From: Candidatus Daviesbacteria bacterium
GTDB taxonomy: Bacteria; Patescibacteriota; Microgenomatia; Daviesbacterales; UBA10151
Direction: 5' to 3'
Length of the DNA stretch: 64,000 bases
Assembly (NCBI GenBank): GCA_016186955.1
Contig: JACPKP010000003.1
Span: forward strand, 2,290-66,289
Below the pieces are notes generated by a model that did not search any database, was not told where the DNA came from, and saw only the letters and a program-made list of their open reading frames with translations. Every line of letters starts with the position of its first letter. Position 1 is the stretch's first letter. The position numbers and the translations under genes were made by a program. Below are positions 25,919 to 36,918 of this stretch, in pieces.

Positions 25919-28372
25919 ATGTATAGTAAGTTGACAGCGGTTTTGGCAATATTTTTCAGCTTTCTGGCTTTTATCCCCAAACCTGTATTTGCAGCTCCCG
26001 GGACCTTGGACTTAAGCTTTGGGACAAATGGCATAGTCAGTACAGAATTTAGTGCGGACCCGGATGCAACTGACGGTACTTTTGCACTGGCCGCAAGTCT
26101 TCAGCCTGATGGGAAAATAGTGGCAGGCGGGTTTGGTTTTACAGGTACAGACTGGGATTTTGCTGTAGCCAGATATAATCCTGATGGTTCGTTGGACACC
26201 ACATTTGATAATGACGGTAAGGTTATGACTTCGTTTGGTTCCACAAGTGAGATTTTAGCTTTAAAAATTCAAGAAGATGGAAAAATAGTGGCTACAGGGG
26301 ATGTTTCCAGTACCACAACCACTTCTGATTTTGGTTTGGTCAGGTACAACAGTGACGGTTCTCTAGATTCTACCTTCGGAATGTCAGGTAAAGTAACAAC
26401 TGATTTTGGTGGCAGCGAGTCCCCTCAGGGTTTAGTTATTCTGAATGATGGCAAAATAATGGTGGCAGGAAACAAAGATGAGAATTTTATGTTAGTAAGA
26501 TATAACTCTAATGGGACTTTGGATACTACCTTCGGTACAAATGGATATGTTGTAACTGATTTTGGTGGTGTTGATGGTGCAACCAGTCTGCTTTTGCAAT
26601 CCGACGGTAAGTTGGTCGCAGGGGGATACAACGGTACAGATTTTGCTTCAACCAGATTTGCTGCAGCCAGGTATAATTCTGACGGTTCTTTAGATACTTC
26701 TTTTGGCACAGGTGGTAAGGTGACCACTGATTTTGGTGCAACATCTATTGCATTCTCCTCGGTTTTACAAAACGATGGTAAAATTATTCTAGCGGGTGAT
26801 GTACGTTTGGCAAATCTTGATTTTGCTTTAGTAAGGTATAATACCGACGGTTCGCTTGATACTGGGTTTGGGAATGGAGGTAAGGTAATAACTGATTTTA
26901 ACAATACCGATGAAGAACTTTTTGCAATAGGGATTCAGACAGACGGTAAAATCCTTGGAACCGGTATGAATAATGGTTTGAATGGGACTGTGTTTGCTTT
27001 GGTCAGATACAATATGAATGGAATGCTGGACACTGATTTCGGGACAGCAGGGAAAGTTACTGCAGAGCTTGGAACTGGTGATAATGCCCAGGCTTTCGCA
27101 TTAGCCATCCAGACTGATGGGCAAGTAGTAGTTAGCGGAATTATATTTAATGGCCCTAAAGCTACTTTTGGGTTAGCTCGGTTTAATACCTCAACTTTAG
27201 AAAATGTTATCCAAACCGTTTCTGCAGGAGGCAGTTTAACCTCTGATTCAGAAAATGATGGTGCAACCAGTGTTGACCCTATTGAAACTACTGTTACCAG
27301 CCCCACCGGTGGAGAAGTTTCTATCAGCGAAATCACCCCCAGCCTACAGCCCCCTTCAGGCTATTCCTTCCTGGGTTCTCAGGTCAATATTACCGCCCCT
27401 GCTGCAACAGCGGAAAACCCGCTGCAGCTGGTGTTCGTTTTAGATTCTACAGTAGTAGCCGGGGCTGATGTCAGTACCATACAAGTATTAAAAAATACTG
27501 TGCCGGTTCCGCCTTGTTTAGGTAGCCCGGGTGTAGCGTCCCCGGATCCGTGTGTATCTTCCAGGACGCTGCTTGCCGATGGGGATGCGCAGATAACAGC
27601 ATTAACTTCAACTGCCAGCAGTTGGAATTTAGCCCTGCAAACTAATTCCGCTCCGCAGCTTTCTCTTACCTCACCTTCCGTCGGGCAGCTGTATGCTTTG
27701 GGAGATGTTGTCAACCTGCAGGCTTCCTTTACTGACTCAAACAGCAGTGATACCCATACATGTGATATTAACTGGGATGACGGCAGCAACAGCCAGGGTG
27801 TAGTGGTTGAATCAAAAAGTTCTTGCGGGGCAAGCCACAGCTTTGGTAGCGCCGGGGTTTACACCATAAATACCACCTTAACAGACAGCCAAGGGGCAGC
27901 TGATGCTAAAAGCGTGATGGTAGTTGTGTACGACCCGAGCGCAGGGTTTGTGACAGGAGGGGGATGGTTGAACTCACCTGCGGGTGCATATACTGCTGAC
28001 CTGGGTCTTGCCGGTGTAGCCAATTTTGGTTTTGTTGCCAAGTACCAAAAAGGAACCAATCTGCCAACAGGGCAAACCGAGTTCCAATTTAAAGTTGCCG
28101 GTTTTAACTTTCACAGCGACAGTTACGAGTGGTTGGTGGTGGCAGGAAGCAAAGCACAATATAAAGGCTCAGGTTCAGTAAACGGGGTTTCAGGTTATAA
28201 CTTTCTTTTAACCGCAACAGATGGTGAGACAAAAGATAATCCGGATAAGTTCAGGATTAAAATTACCAAAGGCAGCCAAGTTGTTTATGATAATGCCTTA
28301 GGCGCCTCAGATGATATTGACTCAGCCAACCCGCAAGAGCTTGGCGGAGGGTCCATTATCATCCACAAGTGA
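25919..28372 (+). CDS. Secreted delta-60-repeat beta-propeller protein with PKD/Ig-like domain
   Basis: Signal peptide; about 7 repeats QxDGKIVxxG...LxRYNxDGSLDTxFGxxG; PKD-like WDDG...HSFGSAGVY; FVTGGGW C-terminal domain. TTGACA promoter near 25880. Confidence 0.85.
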   Translation: MYSKLTAVLAIFFSFLAFIPKPVFAAPGTLDLSFGTNGIVSTEFSADPDATDGTFALAASLQPDGKIVAGGFGFTGTDWDFAVARYNPDGSLDTTFDNDGKVMTSFGSTSEILALKIQEDGKIVATGDVSSTTTTSDFGLVRYNSDGSLDSTFGMSGKVTTDFGGSESPQGLVILNDGKIMVAGNKDENFMLVRYNSNGTLDTTFGTNGYVVTDFGGVDGATSLLLQSDGKLVAGGYNGTDFASTRFAAARYNSDGSLDTSFGTGGKVTTDFGATSIAFSSVLQNDGKIILAGDVRLANLDFALVRYNTDGSLDTGFGNGGKVITDFNNTDEELFAIGIQTDGKILGTGMNNGLNGTVFALVRYNMNGMLDTDFGTAGKVTAELGTGDNAQAFALAIQTDGQVVVSGIIFNGPKATFGLARFNTSTLENVIQTVSAGGSLTSDSENDGATSVDPIETTVTSPTGGEVSISEITPSLQPPSGYSFLGSQVNITAPAATAENPLQLVFVLDSTVVAGADVSTIQVLKNTVPVPPCLGSPGVASPDPCVSSRTLLADGDAQITALTSTASSWNLALQTNSAPQLSLTSPSVGQLYALGDVVNLQASFTDSNSSDTHTCDINWDDGSNSQGVVVESKSSCGASHSFGSAGVYTINTTLTDSQGAADAKSVMVVVYDPSAGFVTGGGWLNSPAGAYTADLGLAGVANFGFVAKYQKGTNLPTGQTEFQFKVAGFNFHSDSYEWLVVAGSKAQYKGSGSVNGVSGYNFLLTATDGETKDNPDKFRIKITKGSQVVYDNALGASDDIDSANPQELGGGSIIIHK

Positions 28373-28437
28373 CATCTTCAGTTTAGGTCTTTTTCTGTGA
28401 TAAACTCGGAGTTAGCATCTCAAATCTTAAATCTCAA

Positions 28438-30549
28438 ATGTCAAATCTATTCAAATCACTTAAAGATACCAAAATTCAACTGCTTATCATCCTCGCTCTG
28501 ACTTTTTTGGTTTATGCCAATTCATTGCCAAATAAGCTGCTTTGGGATGACCATTTATTTTTAGAACAGTGGCCGCAGGTACAAAGTTTTAAGAACCTGG
28601 GAGAGGTCCTTAAAGGCTCTGCGCCTCCTTCACAAGGCAAGATCTACAGGCCCTTGCGGGGGGTGTTTTATATGATTGATTACCGGCTCTTTGGGGCAAA
28701 CCCATTTGGGTATAGGGTCCAGGCTGTTTTAATCCACCTTATCAGCACACTTTTAGTCTATTTTATAGTTAGAGAAATTTTGACAAAACATTTCACCCCG
28801 GGGGTGAAAAATTTGAGATTACACCCCCGGGGTGGGGGATATTTACCTTTCATCACAGCCCTTCTCTTTGGCCTGCATCCCATCCACACCGAAACCATTG
28901 ATTATATCTCAACCAGTATGGAAAGTTTTGGGACGGTGTTTTTCTTTTTGAGCTTCTGGCTGTATTTATTGGCTCAAAAGTACACCCTGAAAGTACAAAA
29001 CCGGAGTGAGAATGCATGGTTGTATTTAGCTTCCGTAACCAGCGCTGCCCTGGCTTTTTTTACCTATGAGATGACGCTGACTTTGCCCATCCTGATAGTG
29101 CTGTATGAGCTAACCTTGGGTCAATTTCAAATTTCTAATTTCAAATTTCTAATTAAGATATTGCCTTACTTTGTGGCAGCTATAATCTTTGTGGTTATCA
29201 GGTTCAGCGTGCTTGGTTTAATCTCTAGGACAGATTACCTGGGTTATAGCTTTTACCTGACCCAGCTTACCATGGTGAAGGTTTTTGTGCGCTACATTGG
29301 GCTTTTACTTTTTCCGATTAACCAGACTGCCATCCACAACCTGGTGGGGGATTTTCCCTCCTCAATGATCCCTTATGATAAACTTGAACCTGTTTTAAAC
29401 CAGACCATCTTTGATAAAGATGTCTTGCTTGCTATATCAGTGGTACTGGGGCTGATTTTGGCAGCAGTTAAATATATCAGAAAATATCCAATTGTATCAT
29501 TTTCAATTTTATGGTTTTTCATAAGCCTGTTGCCTGTCTCTTATATCATTCCGCACGGCGGAGCCATGGCAGAAAAGTACCTGTATATCCCATCATTTGG
29601 ATTTGTACTAATAATCGGCTTCCTTATAGTTCAAAGTGCAAAACTTAAAGTGCAAAATTATAATTTAAAGCTAAAAAGTTCTAAGTTTTACACTATAGTT
29701 TTTACCTTTACACTTTTACTTCTAATTTCCTACTCCGTACTAACCATTCAAAGAAATACTGTTTGGAAGGATGACATTTCGCTTTTTTCCGACGTAGTTA
29801 AAAAATCACCGGAAAACCTGTTGGCAAACTACAATTTGGGCATCTGGTTTGGCAACTTTAACAAGCTTGAGGAAGCCGCAGCCCATTACCAGATAGCAAT
29901 TGATAAAGCCCCTGATTTTTTGGAGGCAAGGTATAACCTTGGGAATATTTACGCACGGGTTGCGCAATTTGAAAATGCTACAGCGCAGTACACGTATATT
30001 TTAAATATTAACCCCGGCCATAAACAAAGCCAAAATATTTTAAATAACATGGTTCTTTTAAAAACAGCATCTCCTTCAGCCCTGCTTAATTCCCCAAACC
30101 TGATGGTAGGTTTTACAACTAAAAATGGGTTGCAGTTTTCTTTCCCTGCCTTCTGGTCTAAGGGTGAGTTAAGGAAGGCAGTTTCAGAAAAAGAGACCAA
30201 AACAGGAAAAACTACACCTGTTAGCGATGAGGCTGTCGGCACCAGCCTTGAGTCTCCTGACGGGTTCAAAATCCAAATTATTGAAGACAGTTTGGGGAAA
30301 AAGAATATGGAGGAATATATAAATGGCCAAAAAGAGACCCATGGTAAGCTGGTAAACCAGGGGTTGGCCCAAATCCCGAATGCAGAGGGTGCTTTTGTTA
30401 AGGTTTGGGAAGGGGATGGTGTAACAAAACTCCAGTTCTTTCTTTTTATAAAGAAAAAAGTAATCCAGATAATAGCCTATCCGGCCGGTTTACCTTCAAT
30501 GCCGATTTTTGATGCCTTTTTAGGGTCTTTGAAGCTACATGACACATAA
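28438..30549 (+). CDS. TMTC-like (GT105-type) protein O-glycosyltransferase with TPRs and PsbP-like C-domain, copy 1
   Basis: WDD, YRP, LHPIHTE, AEKYLY, RN.VW motifs; TPRs; FSFPAFW C-domain. Confidence 0.8.
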   Translation: MSNLFKSLKDTKIQLLIILALTFLVYANSLPNKLLWDDHLFLEQWPQVQSFKNLGEVLKGSAPPSQGKIYRPLRGVFYMIDYRLFGANPFGYRVQAVLIHLISTLLVYFIVREILTKHFTPGVKNLRLHPRGGGYLPFITALLFGLHPIHTETIDYISTSMESFGTVFFFLSFWLYLLAQKYTLKVQNRSENAWLYLASVTSAALAFFTYEMTLTLPILIVLYELTLGQFQISNFKFLIKILPYFVAAIIFVVIRFSVLGLISRTDYLGYSFYLTQLTMVKVFVRYIGLLLFPINQTAIHNLVGDFPSSMIPYDKLEPVLNQTIFDKDVLLAISVVLGLILAAVKYIRKYPIVSFSILWFFISLLPVSYIIPHGGAMAEKYLYIPSFGFVLIIGFLIVQSAKLKVQNYNLKLKSSKFYTIVFTFTLLLLISYSVLTIQRNTVWKDDISLFSDVVKKSPENLLANYNLGIWFGNFNKLEEAAAHYQIAIDKAPDFLEARYNLGNIYARVAQFENATAQYTYILNINPGHKQSQNILNNMVLLKTASPSALLNSPNLMVGFTTKNGLQFSFPAFWSKGELRKAVSEKETKTGKTTPVSDEAVGTSLESPDGFKIQIIEDSLGKKNMEEYINGQKETHGKLVNQGLAQIPNAEGAFVKVWEGDGVTKLQFFLFIKKKVIQIIAYPAGLPSMPIFDAFLGSLKLHDT

Positions 30550-32662
30550 AATATTCAAGTTTTATCCGATGGTTATACTTTTGACCCTGCTGGTTATCTT
30601 TTTTGGAAAAGCCTTAACAGGCCAGGAAATTTTTGTCACACCGGATATTGGCGGGAGTGATATTTTGCACTATGAGTATGCGACAAAATACTTTTTATCG
30701 GAGTCGTTGAAAAAACACCAATTACCTTTGTGGAACCCGTATATCGCAACAGGTTTCCCGCAAATGGGTACGATAACAGGGGATTTTAACCCGGTTAACT
30801 TATTACTTTTTTATTTTTTGCCAATGCCTTTGGTGTTTAACCTTTACTTAGCTTTGACCTTCTTTTTGACAGGGTTTTTTACTTACCTTTTTGCCAGGTC
30901 TTTAAAAATTTCCCGGTTGGGCAGCCTGCTTTGCTCAATTTCCATCACATTCTCCGGCATTTTGGTTACAAAAATTGTCCATTCAATCATGTTACAAACT
31001 TTTACTTTTTTCCCGCTTGAGCTTTATTTTGTTGAAAAGTATTTACAAAAAAAAAGATTATTCTTCATTTTATGCCTATCTTTGGCAATCGGGCTCCAAA
31101 TCTTATCAGGCTATTTACAGATAGTACTTTACTGCCTGATCATTCTTCTGCTGTATTTTGGTTTAAGGTTGTACTTGGAACAAGCGCTCCGCTTAAAGAG
31201 TATGTGTATTATTTTTGCTGCAATCATAATAGGTTTTATCATTGCTTCTGTCCAGCTTCTGCCCAACCTGGAGTTCACAGGGCTTTCTACCCGCTCCGGC
31301 GGAGTGGACATAGAAGTTGTTGAAAAACTTCCTTACCCGCTGCAGCACCTGGTTACGTTTATATGGCCGTATCTTTTAGGTGATCCGCGCAGCGGGACAT
31401 ACCCCTGGTATTCAGAGAATTGGGGAATTTTTTGGGAAAACACCGGTTATATTGGTATTTTACCTTTGATCCTGGCTTTTTTGGCTGTATTTTGGGGCTT
31501 GAAAAAGAATTCCAATGTGGTGATTTTTTTTCTGATTATCACATTTACTTTTTTCTTAATGCTTGGTAAATATTCCCCTGTTTTTTTCCTCTATAACATC
31601 CCGCCCCTGTCTTTTTTTAGGGTCCCGGCCAGATGGATAATATTTTTTACATTCGGGTTGGTCATTCTCGCCGGTTTTGGTTTTGACCAATTTTTTAAAA
31701 AATCCGCCATCGGAAAACACCGCAAGAGCATAATACCAATGGTTATTTTAGCCTTAATAGTGTTAAATTTATTTGCTTTTTCATTCTTTTATAATCCCAG
31801 AGGCGATGCTTTAACCTGGCTTAATGAACCTGAAACAGTAAAGTTTTTAAAAACGGATCTATCGGATTATAGGATTATATCTTTTGGGACTCCTGTCTTA
31901 TGGAACAAACAATTACAGAGTAAGGGTTGGGATACCAAAGCCGATGGATTTAAAGCCTTTTTACAAGGTCTGGAGCCAAACTGGAATGTTGTATATAGGA
32001 TTAACCATGCCGGTCTTTATGCTGTTATCCAGACCCAGAGGGGGAGTACCTTAAATTCAGCTTTAAAACGGAATATTGGCGGACAGGCAAGGGATTTGCT
32101 GGATTTGGAAAATGTTAAATACATAATTTCTCCCCTGCCTGTTGACGGCAGGGATTTAGAGTTGGTATTTACATCAAGCAGCCAGCCTAAATATTATATA
32201 TACCAAAATAAAACAGTGTCAGCCAGGGTTTTTTTAGTTTCAAATTGGGTGCTTATCCCTGACCAGACAGGGCAGTACCAGGCTTTAATGGCAGGGGATG
32301 TTAATTTCAAGAAAACTGCAATCGTTGAGCAGGAAATTCCAAATTTAGGATTTAAGAATGGAGAAGCAAAAATACTTAAGCACGGTAACAATAACGTAGA
32401 GGTTGCAGCCAACTTAGACGGTGACGGGTTGCTGGTTTTGGCAGATTCCTATTATCCGGGATGGAGAGCAACAGTGGACGGTGTTGAAACAAAAATACTG
32501 CCGGTCAATATCAACCAAAGAGGGGTATTATTAAGAACAGGGGAGCATATTGTTAAATTTAAGTTTCAGCCTGAAAGCCTTAAGTGGGGAATTATAATAA
32601 GTGCCCTGTCTTTACTGATAGTTACATCTTTAGTCGTGTTTTTTAAGAAAAAAGATTTATAA
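30539..32662 (+). CDS. YfhO-family GT-C membrane protein
   Basis: LPLWNPYIATGFP, FRVPARW, LVLADSYYPGWRATVDG. Confidence 0.85.
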   Translation: MTHKIFKFYPMVILLTLLVIFFGKALTGQEIFVTPDIGGSDILHYEYATKYFLSESLKKHQLPLWNPYIATGFPQMGTITGDFNPVNLLLFYFLPMPLVFNLYLALTFFLTGFFTYLFARSLKISRLGSLLCSISITFSGILVTKIVHSIMLQTFTFFPLELYFVEKYLQKKRLFFILCLSLAIGLQILSGYLQIVLYCLIILLLYFGLRLYLEQALRLKSMCIIFAAIIIGFIIASVQLLPNLEFTGLSTRSGGVDIEVVEKLPYPLQHLVTFIWPYLLGDPRSGTYPWYSENWGIFWENTGYIGILPLILAFLAVFWGLKKNSNVVIFFLIITFTFFLMLGKYSPVFFLYNIPPLSFFRVPARWIIFFTFGLVILAGFGFDQFFKKSAIGKHRKSIIPMVILALIVLNLFAFSFFYNPRGDALTWLNEPETVKFLKTDLSDYRIISFGTPVLWNKQLQSKGWDTKADGFKAFLQGLEPNWNVVYRINHAGLYAVIQTQRGSTLNSALKRNIGGQARDLLDLENVKYIISPLPVDGRDLELVFTSSSQPKYYIYQNKTVSARVFLVSNWVLIPDQTGQYQALMAGDVNFKKTAIVEQEIPNLGFKNGEAKILKHGNNNVEVAANLDGDGLLVLADSYYPGWRATVDGVETKILPVNINQRGVLLRTGEHIVKFKFQPESLKWGIIISALSLLIVTSLVVFFKKKDL

Positions 32663-32664
32663 CC

Positions 32665-34813
32665 ATGAAGTATTTTCGGTCGACGAAAGTTCAGATATTA
32701 ATAATAATTTTAGCTACTTTTTTAGCTTATTTAAACATCTTCCAAAATGGGTTTGTGGTAGATGATGAGGATTTCATAGTTAACTGGAAAGAAAAGCAGG
32801 AGATCACAAACGTTCCCCTGATGTTGAAGGGTAATAATCCACCTAAGTTTGGAGGGATATATAGGCCTATTAGAGGAGTATTGTACACATTTTATGATCA
32901 AATATTCGGTGCTAACCCTTTTGGTTACCACCTCCACTCAATCCTGGTCCACCTAGGGGTAACTGTTTTGGTTTACTTTATAACCAGGCAGCTTATACAG
33001 GGTTTAGGGTCTAGGGGTTGGGGTTTAGGGTTGGAAGTTAAAACTAAAAAAAATTCAACTATACCCTATACCCTACCCCAAAGGGGTAAGCTCCGCTTAT
33101 ACCCTATACCCTTTATTTCTGCCCTGCTTTTTGGCCTGCACCCTATCCATACTGACCGGGGTCTTTTTTATGCTTGCAGCGCTCCATCTTTATTTAATTG
33201 AGAAAAAAATGTATTCATATATTTTTGCAATTCTTGCCTTCTTTAGCTATGAACCTGCGTTAGTTTTAATACCCCTGCTGGTTACTTACGACGTGTTAAT
33301 TAAAAAAATACCATTAAGGGAAACGCTTAGTAACATTAAAAAATATTTGCCGTATCTGCTGGCAGGGTTAAGCTTTATTTTTATCAGGCTGGTATTAATT
33401 GGGCGGAACCCTGCGCATTTTAAATATTTAGCAGACAGCTTTTACCATACCCAGCTTATAATGACGAAGGTTTTTGTCAAATATTTAAGCCTGCTTATAG
33501 CCCCGTTTAATTTATCCTTAAACCACATCATAGACCCTGACTTTGAAACTTTTAACCCGCCTGTTAATGATTTTAAGTCATTTACCTCCCAGTCAATCCT
33601 TGACCCCTGGGTTATTACCTCAATTTTAATCATAGCCACCCTGATATTTATAACAATAAAATTTAGAAATAAGCTGCCTCTGGTTTCATTTGGGCTGGCC
33701 TGGATTTTTATATCTTTCCTGCCTTATGCCAATTTAGTTCCACAGCCTACCCCGCTTGCAGAAAGATACCTATATATAGCATCATTTGGCTTTTGTTTAT
33801 TACTGGGATACCTTTTAGTGGAAATTTCAAATTTCAAATTTCAAATTTCAAATTATTTTCTTTTTACTCTTTTCTTTTTACTCTTTTCTTTTTACTTCTA
33901 CCAGACTTACCAAAGGAACAAAGACTGGAAGGAGAAAGGCAGCCTTTGGCAGAGAGCTTTAGTTTATTACCCAAACAGCGCTTTCGCAAGTTATATTATG
34001 GCTAGGGTGAACCAGGAAAAAGGCAACCTGCCGGAAGCTATAAAATTTTACAACCAGACTGCAAATCTCCAACCAGGCTATGTAACTGCATATCTGGAAT
34101 TGGGTAGGCTTTACCACAAAAACAACCAGCTGGATAAGGCGTTAGAGGTACTAGTCAAAGCTACACAGCTTGAGCTTGAGCCGATAGATGAAAACAGGTT
34201 GGATGCATCTATCGGAGAGCTGGCAAAAGTTTACACTGAGATAGGATTTATCTACCGGGAGAAAAAAAAGTTTAAAGAGGCCTACACTAACTTTGAACAG
34301 GCGCTATCGTTATATTCAGGATACTTGCCTGCAAAGGTAAGCATTGAAACTCTGTTAAAAGATCATCCTGAGCTAAACGAACTGGCTAAAATTTACTCAA
34401 TGGAGAATTGGACAGAATATCATTCAAAATCCGGGCTGTCTTTTCAGTACCCCAAAATATGGGATATTAGTGAAAATGATGGGCAAATTCATATTTTTAC
34501 AAAAGATAAAAGCGCTAATATTGAGATAATTGTTGATGGGTTTTCTACATCAAAAGAAGAATATCTTAAAAATCAGACAGATATGCATGGAATGTTGGTA
34601 AACCAACGGTATACCAGGCTGCCTAATGCTGATAATGTTTATGCCAAGATTTGGAACGATCCTACGCCGGAAAGCACCGGAAGTGGAGTCCCGAAGCTGC
34701 AATTTTATGTTTTCAAACCCAAAAATGTCATTAAGTTATTCGTTTACCCAGCTGAAATTTCCTTGAAGGTAGTTTTAGACAGTCTAATGCGGAGCTTAAA
34801 GTTAACAATTTAA
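32665..34813 (+). pseudogene. TMTC-like TPR glycosyltransferase copy 2, frameshifted at about 33153
   Basis: ORFs 32665-33201 and 33131-34813 together form one TMTC gene. The frame breaks right after LHPIHT with a short deletion; this may be an assembly artefact. Confidence 0.7.
32989..33153 (+). repeat. 165-bp direct repeat, copy 1 (AGGGTTT/ATACCCT heptad hairpin plus flanking CDS)
   Basis: Differs from 35166-35330 at one base seen by eye. Confidence 0.85.
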
Positions 34814-34829
34814 TCTTAAAAATAAAGTT

Positions 34830-36912
34830 ATGGAGACAAAATTCAAATTTCTGAAACAAACCAAAATTCAGGTTTTAATCATTGTTTTGCTAACCCTTTT
34901 GGCTTACTCCAACATCTTTCAGAATGAATTTGCTGTTGATGACCTTTATCTGATCGTCAAATGGGAGAGGATACATAACTTATCAATTATCCCGGAGCTT
35001 TTTGTAAAGGATACGTTGGAAACAGGCTATACAGGTTACAGGCCTCTGCGTACAACAATCATCGCTATTCTTTACAATATTTTCAGGGAAAATACATTCG
35101 GCTATCATTTGTATTCAATTCTGGTGCATCTTAGTTCAACTCTTTTAGTCTATTTTTTAGCCAGACAGCTTATACAGGGTTTAGGGTTTAGGGGTTGGGG
35201 TTTAGGGTTGGAAGTTAAAACTAAAAAAAATTCAACTATACCCTATACCCTACCCCAAAGGGGTAAGCTCCGCTTATACCCTATACCCTTTATTTCTGCC
35301 CTGCTTTTTGGCCTGCACCCTATCCATACTTAAGCCAAAACTGATGCTTTTGTCCTCAATCCTTCTCGGGGTATTGGCATATTTGACTTTTGAGATCACC
35401 TACATCCTACCGCTGTTGATTTTTGCCGCTGAAATAATTTTATTCCCCGGCAAAATTAAATCCCGGTTAATCAAAGCTTTCAAAATAACACTTCCTTTTA
35501 CCCTGATTGTAGCAATAATTTTTCTCATCAGGTATCAGGTATTATCGCTAGGGGAATTTAAGGTAAATTATTTGGCGGGCAGTTTTTACTTAACTCAGGT
35601 ATTGATGCTGAAAGTACTACTCAAATATCTTCTTCTGCTGATTTATCCTGTGAATTTATCGTTAAACCACGTTATCTCCGGGAATTTTGAAACTTTTCGG
35701 GTGAACATCAATAGTTTTGATTGGTTTATTCATCAATCTATCCTAGAACCACAACCAATACTTGCATTGTTAATTGTTATATCACTAACGCTTTTGGTAT
35801 TTTGGTGCAGAAAGAAAAATCCCCTGGTATCGTTTTCAATAGCATGGTTGTTTATCAGCTTTTTACCTTTTTTTAACCTCATACCCCAGGCAACCGCTCT
35901 TTCGGAAAGGTATCTATATGTTGCCTCGTTTGGGTTCATACTTTTTTTATGCTGCGTATTATTTTATTTACCGAAAAAGTTGGGCTTTTTAATATTGATA
36001 TTGCTGGTAATTTCTTATGGAACCTTAACTTACCGTAGAAATTTTGATTGGAAATATGCATCATCGATTTGGGAGGCGATGTTGAGGGCCTATCCTAAAA
36101 GCGCCCTGGCAAATTATTTCGTAGGAACAATCTTTGAAGAGCGCCGTGAAAATGACGAAGCTATTTACTACTACCAGAGATCTTTAGAACTAAATCCCAA
36201 TATGGATTATGCCTATAATAGCCTGGCCTACCTTTATTTTAAACAAGGCAATTCGGCTCTGGCAAAAAATTTACTTCTACAAGAGTTGAAGATCCAAAAT
36301 AAGATATTAGATCGGAATCAAACGGATGTATTGTTAAATTTATCTGAAAGTTATGCCTTGTTAAGCAAAATAGCGCTAAAAGAAAAAAAATTTGATGAGG
36401 CTTTTGAATATTCTCAAAAAGCAATAACAGTAGATGCCGATAACCAAGATGCCTTTTTAGCGCAGGATTTGATATTGGCTGAGAAGCCGGAGTTCAAAAA
36501 AAATGCAGCCCTTTTCGACCCTAAAGGATGGCAACAGTTTACAAATAAAAATTATGCCTTTGCTTATCCTATAAATTGGTCAGCTGAAGAGAAAGAGGGC
36601 AAAATAGTTTTACATCCGTTTAAAAGACAATATGAAATAACTATAGAGAAAATAGATGGTTTTACAAATTCAGACAAAGATTTGTTTTTGAAATCACAAA
36701 ATCAATCTTTTGGAACCTTGGTTAAAGAAGAATCTGCCAAAGTGCCTGATACGGAGTGGGCATATGCCAGGATATGGAATGACCACGAACAACCCAGGCT
36801 TGAGTTTTATATCAGTAAAAAGGGGATAATCTTCAGGGTAATCGCCTTTCCCTCAACGTTCGCTTTAAAAGAAATATTTGATAAGGTCATACAATCCATA
36901 CAGGTATTTTGA
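34830..36912 (+). pseudogene. TMTC-like TPR glycosyltransferase copy 3, frameshifted/deleted at about 35330
   Basis: ORFs 34830-35333 and 35308-36912. Break right after LHPIHT, with about one TM missing; may be an assembly artefact. Confidence 0.7.
35166..35330 (+). repeat. 165-bp direct repeat, copy 2
   Basis: See 32989-33153. Confidence 0.85.
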
Positions 36913-36918
36913 GTTTTT

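Noticed and set aside
32997-33111. Telomere-like TTTAGGG repeats suggesting eukaryotic contamination
   Set aside because: Only a few degenerate units, paired with an inverted ATACCCT arm and in frame within a bacterial gene. They fit the heptad hairpin class.
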